IMG/VR virus record: IMGVR_UViG_3300031841_004478 | From: an uncultured virus (IMG/VR IMGVR_UViG_3300031841_004478) | Taxonomy: Duplodnaviria > Heunggongvirae > Uroviricota > Caudoviricetes | DNA: 20,000 nt | Direction: 5' to 3' (one strand) | Part shown: piece after piece, positions 1-9,300 of the stretch | How positions within the stretch are numbered: position 1 is the stretch's first letter | How the letters are laid out: every line of letters begins with the position of its first letter | The notes under the pieces: model-generated | What the model saw: only the letters and a program-made list of their open reading frames with translations | Databases searched by the model: none | What the model was told of the DNA's origin: nothing | Position numbers and translations under genes: made by a program

Positions 1-3000
1 TGATATACACCAGTTCCAAATCCATCTTTCCACAATCTAAATAAAATACCATCTTCACCGACAGAGTGAGATGTAGATGAACCAACTGCTACAAAATTTC
101 TACCATGAGCATCCCATACCATGGATTTATTAATATCATCATTACCCATATGTCCAAGAGAATTTGCCCATTCAACGCTACCATCTGAATCATTAATAGC
201 AGCAAAGAAAGTATCTCTTCTCATTAAAATATCAGATGTATAATCTGGATGAGCAGCATTACTATCTAAATCCCATCCTTCTCCACCTACAATAAATCTT
301 ACTTGGCCATTATGGAAGAATTGATCTTCATTTTTCCACCAATCTCTTTTATCTGAATCTTCAACGACAACTGAAAGGAAACGATTTACATTACCGTATT
401 GAGATTGATATGTTTTTGACCAATATTTTGTAGTATTATGTACAGCAGCACCGCTTCCTGTAGTTTCGGTATATATTTGCCATTTTTCTGCTAAAGCAAA
501 TCCATATCCATTTGTTCCATTAGAATCGCCTGGAGTAAGATTCAAATCTTCTATTTGACCAACAACAATAATATCATATTTTTGACTATCGCTATAATAT
601 TTTAAAACATCAATATCATTAAATACATTTTCTTCATTATTATAGTTTGTAAGTGTATTATCTGAAATAGCAGCTGCAGTTGCATCTTCATTAACTAAAT
701 TTGTATTCCAATGAATAAGATCTGAAGTAAATACATTTCCATAACCCCACATCGGAGCTCTGTAATTACCACGCGTTTCAGATCCAACGAAGAAGAAATC
801 ACCAGTATCTTCTTTTCCTGGTTTTATTCGTTTAATATGTAAAGATGTATCATATGTTCCGCTATTTGCAATAGCTTCTGTTGATTTTGAAACAGTAACA
901 TTTCCATTTGGATCCATTAAGAAAATTAATCCAGAAGTTAAAGTATCTGAATCTCCAGTAAATGAATTATTTTCGATAAATCCTACTACATATTCTTGAC
1001 CTTGTCGAGTTACAATACAATGATCGGTTATTTTATGAACATTTGTTCCTTGAAATAATCCTTTTGTAAATTCTACAGTATGAGTTGCTAGATTTATTTT
1101 GTTAATAAATCCACTTCTTTTACCTGTTTGATTTTTTGTCCAACCAGATGTATAAGCATAGCCATTTCTAATATCAATTGAATTTATATTGGTAGAATCT
1201 GGTCCTACTGAATAATAATAATTTTCTTTATAATTATAATTTTTATCCCAAGCCTGTAAAATAGCTCTACCATTAATAGTATCATTACCTACAGTATAAA
1301 AATTACCAGAAATACTATCTCTTTGAACATCATATAAGTACATATCAGCAGAGTCATTTGATTGATGAATATTTCTACCCCAACCATGTACCCATTGATC
1401 GCCTTTAGGAGCAAGTTCTCCTTTTGAATAACCAGATAATACAAGTTTATTATTAATTTTATCTTCAATAATACCAGTAAGGAAGTTATCACCAGTTCCA
1501 CCCCAAGTATAGCTTACTGAATTATTTTCGTTATCAACAATAGTAAGTAATAAATCACCAGTATTTTCTGCACCAGTAGTTTGAGGATGTCCTTCAAGTC
1601 TACCAACAAGAGCTTTACGACCATCTTCAAGATAGATTCCTTGGAAATAATATTCTTCTGAATTGCCAGTATTAATTTCTTTTAGATTATAGAAGGTAGG
1701 AGAAGCTGTTTTCCATTGGAATATTGATGTTCCATTTGCAATTCCTTCTGGTTCTGTACCAGTATTATATTCAATAACTCCATCTGAATGAGTATAGCGT
1801 AAATAACCACCCTGAAGAGGTGATCTTGTTGTAAATGTTCCGGTAGTTGTATCATATGACATGTGATCGTAACCATCAAATGCACCACCAGCCAAGTCAA
1901 AACTATAAAGACCTTTACCCGAATAATTACCTGCTGCTCCATCTACACCAGAAAGAAGAGTAAAGAATTTAGTAGTTGCAGCGTTATATTTAAATCCATG
2001 TAATCTTAAAAATTGATCTGAATCATTTGTTACAATATTACCTTCAAGAGTTAAATCACCAACTGAATCGATTTGATTTGGCGCACTAAACATTTGCACA
2101 CCACCTTGTAATCCACTTGATGCTGCAACGTAAATATTACTGCCAACACTTGTAATATAACAATCCGGTTTATGATCTAAACCATGAAATTGAAATGGCA
2201 TATCAATTTGATTTAATGTACCTGGAGAAATTGTATTAGCATCTGTCAATTGCCAGATTTTTTGATCAAATGTGCCATCTCTTTCAGTAATAACTATTTG
2301 ACCATACATATTATTATGAAGTGAACAAATATAATATACTGTCTCTGCAGTTTGAGGAGTAAATGTAAGAGTAGAACTACCCGTTCCTCCGCCTGAAGCA
2401 CCTGCCACATTATGACTAGTTGGTGTTGGATTAATGCTAGTAGTATCACGTATATACATTGGGTGAGCAAGATATTGAGAGTTCTCAATTGTTAATGTAT
2501 CACCGACTTTGATGTATATTGTTGGTTGGTTTCTTTCAGCATGAGCACCTTGTCTATCATTTCCAGTTATCGCATAAACAACACCACCGCCGACGATATC
2601 TGTAACTTCATAATTGTAAGGACGAGCTTCAGCCTTCATTATAACAGGCATATATATTTTAGAACCAAATGCATGACCTGCACTTATTCTTAATGCATAA
2701 GAACTTTGAGTGCCTTCAGCGTTTTCATTGCCTCCTGGATATGGATTGAAATCAGGATCAGCTATGTCAAATGTACCATAATTTACTTCATTTGTAAAAG
2801 ATCCAGAAGTGGAAGTGTATGTTCTCGAAAATACATTCCAACCATTGGCTCCAGCATCGCTTAAATAAAATGCATGGAATCTATTAGAACCACCCTTTAA
2901 AATACCACCAGGCATATAGTTAATACCAGCGGTATTAGGTAAAGTCACGTCATTGTGAGAGTTGTGAGCACCACCAACAGAAGGAGTGTGAATACGAGCA

Positions 3001-3647
3001 AGAGGAACTGAATATGCACTTTGACCTTGTTTTGCAAGGATATTAATTAAGTAACCAAATTGTTTATCGGCTGGTCTAATATAACCGTCTGAAGCAAATA
3101 CGATTCGTCCATCATCATATTTTGAATAGTTTGAAGGAAGGTGTTTGTGGTATTGATAAAATTCCCAATTACCACCAGCATTTGCTTGATAAAGTCTATC
3201 CCAGTAAAACGCATCATCTTCTAATGAACCACCAGACGGAGTAGTTGCTCCAGTATTATCATCACCAAAGGTACCAATATGCGCAAACATAAAGGCATCA
3301 TTTTCAGTTTGGTTTGTAATATCGTTTAAACCAGGACCAATGTCTTGTATACATCCACCATGGTATCTTAAAACACCAGGCGCATGTGAATCATCAATAA
3401 ATGTAATTGTACCGTCTAATTCAACACGATTTGCATTAGTACTTAATTGACTCGCAGAACCAATTGATAATACTGTATCCCATTCATATACTTGAATAGA
3501 GTTTCCAGTAAGTACATTATTAGAATCCAAATCAGATGGATGATATGTATACCAATATCCTGCATCAGAAATATGGTGCATAACTGGTAAACCCAGAAAA
3601 TCTGAATCTACTAATGCGACTTCTCTTGTTAAATTAGCAATTGCCAT
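1..3647 (-). CDS. Large virion/structural protein, probable beta-propeller(s) with an embedded cupredoxin-like domain (3' end outside window)
   Basis: ATG at 3647, 3 nt after the upstream stop at 3651. Manual translation stays open to position 1 (>=1215 aa): MAIANLTREVALVDSDFLGLPVMHH...EDGILFRLWKDGFGTGVY. Blade-like beta repeats (YTWGGTGDNFLTGIIED; WANSLGHMGNDDINKSM..FVAVGSSTS). Cupredoxin motif AHPMYI...YYICSLHNNMYG at about 2283-2620. Absent from the ORF track, presumably because no stop lies in the window. Confidence 0.9.
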   Translation of the reverse strand, partial: MAIANLTREVALVDSDFLGLPVMHHISDAGYWYTYHPSDLDSNNVLTGNSIQVYEWDTVLSIGSASQLSTNANRVELDGTITFIDDSHAPGVLRYHGGCIQDIGPGLNDITNQTENDAFMFAHIGTFGDDNTGATTPSGGSLEDDAFYWDRLYQANAGGNWEFYQYHKHLPSNYSKYDDGRIVFASDGYIRPADKQFGYLINILAKQGQSAYSVPLARIHTPSVGGAHNSHNDVTLPNTAGINYMPGGILKGGSNRFHAFYLSDAGANGWNVFSRTYTSTSGSFTNEVNYGTFDIADPDFNPYPGGNENAEGTQSSYALRISAGHAFGSKIYMPVIMKAEARPYNYEVTDIVGGGVVYAITGNDRQGAHAERNQPTIYIKVGDTLTIENSQYLAHPMYIRDTTSINPTPTSHNVAGASGGGTGSSTLTFTPQTAETVYYICSLHNNMYGQIVITERDGTFDQKIWQLTDANTISPGTLNQIDMPFQFHGLDHKPDCYITSVGSNIYVAASSGLQGGVQMFSAPNQIDSVGDLTLEGNIVTNDSDQFLRLHGFKYNAATTKFFTLLSGVDGAAGNYSGKGLYSFDLAGGAFDGYDHMSYDTTTGTFTTRSPLQGGYLRYTHSDGVIEYNTGTEPEGIANGTSIFQWKTASPTFYNLKEINTGNSEEYYFQGIYLEDGRKALVGRLEGHPQTTGAENTGDLLLTIVDNENNSVSYTWGGTGDNFLTGIIEDKINNKLVLSGYSKGELAPKGDQWVHGWGRNIHQSNDSADMYLYDVQRDSISGNFYTVGNDTINGRAILQAWDKNYNYKENYYYSVGPDSTNINSIDIRNGYAYTSGWTKNQTGKRSGFINKINLATHTVEFTKGLFQGTNVHKITDHCIVTRQGQEYVVGFIENNSFTGDSDTLTSGLIFLMDPNGNVTVSKSTEAIANSGTYDTSLHIKRIKPGKEDTGDFFFVGSETRGNYRAPMWGYGNVFTSDLIHWNTNLVNEDATAAAISDNTLTNYNNEENVFNDIDVLKYYSDSQKYDIIVVGQIEDLNLTPGDSNGTNGYGFALAEKWQIYTETTGSGAAVHNTTKYWSKTYQSQYGNVNRFLSVVVEDSDKRDWWKNEDQFFHNGQVRFIVGGEGWDLDSNAAHPDYTSDILMRRDTFFAAINDSDGSVEWANSLGHMGNDDINKSMVWDAHGRNFVAVGSSTSHSVGEDGILFRLWKDGFGTGVY

Positions 3648-3650
3648 AAA

Positions 3651-4019
3651 TTATGTTCCTGAAATTGGTATTCCTGGTCTAAATACGATATCTGTAGTAT
3701 TTAAAGCAAATCCAATGAGCAATGCTCGAGTTGCGGTTGTAGGTGTTGGAGGTGTAGAAATTAGATCACCAGTTGTTCCTAAATAATATGGAGAACCAGG
3801 TGTTAAACCTGAAAATCCTGAAACAACTCCACTTGCATAATATTCACCACCAATTTTAATTAAGATAGCTAAAAGTTGTGATGAAGTATCGGTATTTGCC
3901 GCGTTAATTGCTGTATTTGAACCAGATATTCTAACTACTTTACCATTGTCACCGCCAGTAATATTAGGAACGGTAACGGCATTAGAAGATAGTGTACTGG
4001 TCGATTTAATAAATGCCAT
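3651..4019 (-). CDS. Small virion protein, capsid-cement/decoration (DUF2190-like) fold candidate
   Basis: 122 aa in the structural operon; motif GFSGLTPGSPYYLGTTG...PT...IGFA typical of phage fibre/cement modules. Fold assignment is from motif recall only. Confidence 0.6.
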   Translation of the reverse strand: MAFIKSTSTLSSNAVTVPNITGGDNGKVVRISGSNTAINAANTDTSSQLLAILIKIGGEYYASGVVSGFSGLTPGSPYYLGTTGDLISTPPTPTTATRALLIGFALNTTDIVFRPGIPISGT

Positions 4020-4022
4020 TTA

Positions 4023-4991
4023 TTATACTCCCTCTCTGACGAGTTCTAAATATGATGTATTTAATATAGCACCAGTGTTATCGCTATTTGAAATCATTAA
4101 TTCGACAAAATCATCTTCTAAAAAATAAAATATTTCATCTAGTTCAATAAAATCATTAGCACTCATATTAATAGTTGTTAAATTTGTAGTTGTAACTCCA
4201 CGAGTTCTTCTTAAGGATATTGTATAAGAATCTTCTGATCCAGCAGAAGAAGTACTAACAAAAGATCTAACTTTATAATATCCTGATGCTCTAATTGTAA
4301 GTCTTTCTGGTTCTGTATTATACCAATACAAATCGCCTAAAACATTAGCATTCGTATTAAAATCAACATTATTCCAAGTTGTTGCAAGAGGACTACTTGT
4401 AGTATTAGATGAAGCATTTAAAATTGCTCTTACTCCACTAAAAGCAACATGGTTACTTACACCTGTACCTGGTGTAAAACCAAGACGATATAATTGGAAT
4501 TCAGAATTTGCATTAATTGTTCCTGTTCCTGTACTTTCTTTACCATAAACTTCTAAATAATCCCCGGAATTTAATTCTATAGTTTGATCATAACTAGTAT
4601 TTTGATTAGGACCTAAAGTAGTTGTATCAATAGCTATTCCATTTTTTCTTAATTCAAATGTATAAGAAGCTCCAGCACCAGTTGATCCAGTAAAATATGA
4701 TACGGTTATTCTATAAAATCCAGTAGTAGGAGCAGTTAATCTACCTTGATTAGCATTTATATAATAATTATCGATATCAAATTCTAAATCTTGAAATTGA
4801 ATTAAAGAAAAATCTTGAGTTAAAGTATATACGTTTTGATTATATAATTTAGCTCCGCTAAAATTCTTACGTGTAGTAGATGTAATTACATTCCAGTATG
4901 GACCATCGCTATCATATTGCCATATTGCCTGATTAGGATCGGTGTAAAGATCTAAATGATTTGGTAAATTTGGAAAAATTAGTGTTGCCAT
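4023..4991 (-). CDS. Fibre/receptor-binding protein with two tandem C1q/TNF-like domains
   Basis: N-terminal FPxxP...W.YD...W attachment-type module, then two similar domains: NFSGAKL..IQFQDLEFD..GRLTAPTTGFYRI..IELNSGDYLEV and AFSGVRA..TWNNVDFN..RLTIRASGYYKV..FYFLEDDFVEL. These match the C1q pattern F.A....I.F....D....F.AP..G.Y....L..GD.V. Confidence 0.7.
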   Translation of the reverse strand: MATLIFPNLPNHLDLYTDPNQAIWQYDSDGPYWNVITSTTRKNFSGAKLYNQNVYTLTQDFSLIQFQDLEFDIDNYYINANQGRLTAPTTGFYRITVSYFTGSTGAGASYTFELRKNGIAIDTTTLGPNQNTSYDQTIELNSGDYLEVYGKESTGTGTINANSEFQLYRLGFTPGTGVSNHVAFSGVRAILNASSNTTSSPLATTWNNVDFNTNANVLGDLYWYNTEPERLTIRASGYYKVRSFVSTSSAGSEDSYTISLRRTRGVTTTNLTTINMSANDFIELDEIFYFLEDDFVELMISNSDNTGAILNTSYLELVREGV

Positions 4992-4994
4992 GTC

Positions 4995-6242
4995 TTAATA
5001 CTCATCAAATAGAAGATTAACTTGAAGTTCATTTATAATTCCCACTGGACTTGAAATTTCAACCCAAACATAATTGTTAGCTGGAATAGTTGAAGAAGAA
5101 ACTGTTAAAGTATCACCTGAGGTACTACTCGTAATAGTTCCAGTAGATGCTACTGTTCCAGTTCCAGATCTACTTGGAGCATAAACGACAGATATATTAA
5201 CTGATGTACCACCTCGAATAACTCCTCGAACTTCAGTTAATTCAAAAGATCTATCGGCATAAAATAATGTCTGTTCATCACCTGAACCTGGGCTTAAAAA
5301 CACTAATGATCTTGGAGAAATAGTTCCACGAGATCCTGTATAACCAGCAGATCCAGAATATCCTTGACCACCATCACTAATAGTGGGATCTGCAAATAAT
5401 ACCCAATGACCATAACCAGAAACGATAAAATACATATATGATTTGCCAGTTTTAGTGTCATACCAAATTTGACCACCAGCTGGATTTGCAGGAGCATTTT
5501 CAGAATATCCAATTGCTCCAGCTGATCCCGTATATCCACGTCCTTGTGGAGATGCATCAACCCATTGTCTACTTGCGGATCCATCTTGTGGAAGTACATT
5601 AATAGTACCAACCATAGGAGCATGAACACCACAAATATAATAGTAGGTTCCAGCTGAATTGAATTGATACGAAGTCGTACTTGTACCACCACCATAAGTA
5701 GATGGAGGATTTTCTACGTTGTATGATGAGTTATAATCATTCGTAATGGGATCAAGTTGAGTTACAAAGAAAAGTGGGTGATTATTAAATTCGCCATTAG
5801 TTATAGTAACTGTATCACCAGCAACAATATTAATAGTTGGATTTAAAGATGCTGGATCACCATTAGTATAATTTTTCATTCCATTACGATCAGACCAACC
5901 GGTATTGAATGAAAATACACTATTAGTTGTATATGTGCTATTTACAGTCATTGAAACTGTAATATTACCAGCTGCGGCTGGATCTCCATCATCATAATAA
6001 ACTTTTAAGCGACCATTTACTGCATCCCACCAAAGATTACCATCTCTTAAGGAATTACCAGATGGAGCAACTGAATCTGTCTCTGCACCACCACCTGAAA
6101 TATTAGCAATAGTATTACTTGTATTTTTATAATACAAAACACCATCAGCGTAGTTTAACGCCAATTCGCCGTAATCTAGATCAGCTGGTAATGGTTCCTT
6201 CCCCGTGACCGAGGAACGTTTAAGTTTAATCTCTGTTGCCAT
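4995..6242 (-). CDS. Tail-fibre-associated protein with Mtd_N-like N-terminus, inserted cupredoxin domain and short collagen-like G-X-Y runs
   Basis: N-terminus IKLKRS..GK.P...L.YGELALNYADG.LYY; two GxxWxD..G..xxY...W modules; GYTGSAG-type triplets; NHPL...YYYICGVHAPMVG. Confidence 0.75.
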   Translation of the reverse strand: MATEIKLKRSSVTGKEPLPADLDYGELALNYADGVLYYKNTSNTIANISGGGAETDSVAPSGNSLRDGNLWWDAVNGRLKVYYDDGDPAAAGNITVSMTVNSTYTTNSVFSFNTGWSDRNGMKNYTNGDPASLNPTINIVAGDTVTITNGEFNNHPLFFVTQLDPITNDYNSSYNVENPPSTYGGGTSTTSYQFNSAGTYYYICGVHAPMVGTINVLPQDGSASRQWVDASPQGRGYTGSAGAIGYSENAPANPAGGQIWYDTKTGKSYMYFIVSGYGHWVLFADPTISDGGQGYSGSAGYTGSRGTISPRSLVFLSPGSGDEQTLFYADRSFELTEVRGVIRGGTSVNISVVYAPSRSGTGTVASTGTITSSTSGDTLTVSSSTIPANNYVWVEISSPVGIINELQVNLLFDEY

Positions 6243-6298
6243 CTCGTAATCCTAATAAGGTAAGCTTTAATGAGTAAAAACTCAGCTCCACTTTCTTC

Positions 6299-6306
6299 TA
6301 TTTATA
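6299..6306 (-). promoter_or_regulatory. T4-type late promoter TATAAATA
   Basis: Perfect TATAAATA on the minus strand in the intergenic gap, 56 nt upstream of the ATG at 6242. Confidence 0.8.
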
Positions 6307-6310
6307 CAAG

Positions 6311-9300
6311 TTAATATGTTCCGCCATCAATTATAGCCTCAATATTTCCATCAACTTTAATACCACTTGATGTTCCAAGTATTCTTGCACCAGCACCGCT
6401 ATTTGTAATTGCAAGATTACCCATATATGGGTGGTTCAAACATTGATATCCAAATGAACGAGGTCCATCATCTTTTACTTTAATTTGTGCATATGAATTT
6501 CCAACATCAATATTACCAGCAGTGCCAACATATTTAATATCTGCTGCACTATCAGAAAGTAATCCAGATTTTTGATTATCCCAATAGAATCGAATATCGT
6601 GTGTTGACATTGAAGAATCATTATGATGGAATCTATATGTTACACCTGGAAGTAAATCAAGGAGCGGAGCTTGAATTTCTTTATCAGTATAAAGATGATC
6701 TGAATCATATGCGATGTAATAACCTTTTGCAGATCCTTGTTTCCAATATCTATGTTGACCAGTTTTAAATCCAGTTCTTACATAAATGTTAATTAATCCT
6801 TGATTATTTGAGTCTTGAGTAATACCAGCAGTGAGGTTTTGAGAATCTCTATTTTCATATGTTCTTTGAACTATATTATTCTTAATTCTATAATCACCGT
6901 TAGAATCATCAGTGACACTAATTAGATTTGTCTGTAATGAATCTGAAGTAAGACCACTTTCTACAACAACCGAGCCACTTAATCTTGAAATAGTAGCAGA
7001 ATCAGCTAAGATTTCTCCAAGAGAACCTTGGAATCCATTTCCACCTCTTATTTCAACCCCAGTACTAGTTGTTAATAATCTCTTTTTATCATTATGCCAT
7101 AGATTTACAATAGAAACCTCAGAAGTACCACCGGCAGTTATTACTCGCTCTAAGGCATCAGTAGTTTGAGCATATACGGCAAAATCCTGTCCATTGTCAT
7201 TAAGAGTAATTCTAAATCCACCTTGATCATTTTCAAGATTAAAATTATTTCCATCATGATAGAAATATGCGTTGCTATCGGCACCAAAATAAACTTTTTG
7301 GTTATCGCCCCAACCATTAATAATAGCTGGATATGATCCACCGTCTGCGGTACTAATGGTAGCAGTTGAAGTAGCAGAATCCCATGCAAATGCTGTTACA
7401 CCAGCAACCGAAGTTGTTCCAATACTATCTACAAAACCAGATGAATCTAGTGTAATTATTGGAACTTCTGAAGCTGAACCCCATATTCCATTATAACTTG
7501 TAGCACCTGATCTTGTAATTGTAGTAAAGTTTGCTGTACTACCAGATATATTTGTGATAACAGCCGAATCAGCAGTAAGCGTATCAATATCAACTAATGT
7601 TAAGTTAATATTATCTGCGTATAGACTATCGATATGTGCTTGACTTACATTTAATTGGCCGATATAAGCAGAATCAATATTTGCATTTGCTGATGTAAAG
7701 GTATCAATATCACCAGTTGTGACATTTAATTGCCCAACATAAGCAGAATCAAGTGAAGCATTAGCCGATGTAAGGGTATCAATATCACCAGTTGCAACAT
7801 TAAGTTGACCAATATATGCGCTATCTAATACAGCATCAGCTGAAGTCAATGTGTCTATATCAGCAGTTGTTACGTTCAATTGATCTACATAAAGTGAATC
7901 AGCATCAGCTTGACTTACGTTTAATTGTCCGATATAAGCAGAATCGAGTATAGCATTTGCCGATGTTAATGTGTCAATATCTCCTGTTGGTACATTTAAT
8001 TGAGTAATAAATGCAGAGTCAGAAGTAAATTGACTAATATCACCAGTAGCAACATTTAAATTATTTGTAGCAATCGAATCGAGAATATCACTATCAACAC
8101 GCGATTTTAAATAGTATTGATTAGTTGAACCTTCAAGTAATTGATCTGTAGTATGATTTGAAATATCAGTTACTGTACCAGTGACATTACCTGTAAGATC
8201 AGCATTTACTGTATCTGCGTATAATGTTCCAACTTGAAGCGGAGCATATTCTAATGAAGGATCAGCGAAATTAATATTTGCTTGTGGATCTGGTAAATAT
8301 TGTTGGAAAAGTTTCCATCTGAAATCCGATGGATCTCTTATGAATCCAGAATAAGCATGCGAATCTGCTGGTGGATTATAGTTACCAACAATACCAATTT
8401 GAACATCGATTGGTGAAGCTTCACCTGACCAACTATCTCCAAGATCGTGACCAGTTTCTGCTGTAAATGCAATTTTAATTCCATTTGCAAGATTTGCAAC
8501 CAAATCTCCTGATGAAAGTACAAAGCTTGTTGAACCTAATGCTGAATCAAATGGTTCTAATGATCCATATTGACTATCATAAGACCATTCAATCTTATCA
8601 CCTTCTCCACCAGATCCTACGCTATCAATGCGAACGTGGAATTCGACAACACCGTCACCAGTATAGTGTCCTGTAAGTGATGCATCATTAGTTCCAGTTC
8701 CACCAAAATTGGTAGCGGCAAGGCCAATAGTATCACCTGCACCCATTTCAATAACGGTGTCAGATACCGCTAAACTTTGAACCGAAGTTTGAACTTGAGA
8801 ACCAATAACTGTAAGGTTACCACCGATTGTAAAGTTAGCATCAACTCTACCAGAACCTGTTACACGAATTTGTTCGAAGAATTCTCTAAATGGTTTAATT
8901 TGAATACAACCACCAACTGCTGGTCCACCTTGAGAATCTTGTACAAGAACTGTACCAATTTCATATGCAAAGTTAGGATATTCAGGAGCAGTAGAAGTAA
9001 ATTTACCAGCGCTATCAGCCGATACAAATAATTTTGTACCAGGAGCATAAGCTGAAGTATCTAATCTTCCAAGTAAACCACGCTGTAATACAAGACCAAA
9101 AGTGTTATTATTAATACTATCTTTTAGAACACCAATTGTTTCATCAATAGTATTGATATCATTTGCTTGTGCTTTTTCAATTGTTGGGAAATCATTTGTT
9201 GCACCAGTTACATAAACTGGTGTTCCTTTTGGAATCATAGCACCAGAGTTATTATAAACTCTTACGACATCATCTTGACCAATTTTAATTGGAGAAGCAG

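Noticed and set aside
1..3647. Apparent ORF desert suggesting stop-codon recoding or a pseudogene
   Set aside because: One minus-strand frame is open in the standard code from 3647 to the window edge. The short track ORFs at 1289, 1682 and 2294 are out-of-frame shadows.
4995..6242. Diversity-generating retroelement target (Mtd_N-like N-terminus)
   Set aside because: No reverse transcriptase and no TR/VR pair with adenine-specific differences seen in the window; the N-terminal motif is a generic fibre attachment domain.
6271..6284. Small hairpin TGAGT-AAAA-ACTCA in the leader of the 415-aa gene
   Set aside because: Only 5 bp, AT-rich and without a U-tract; not distinguishable from chance.
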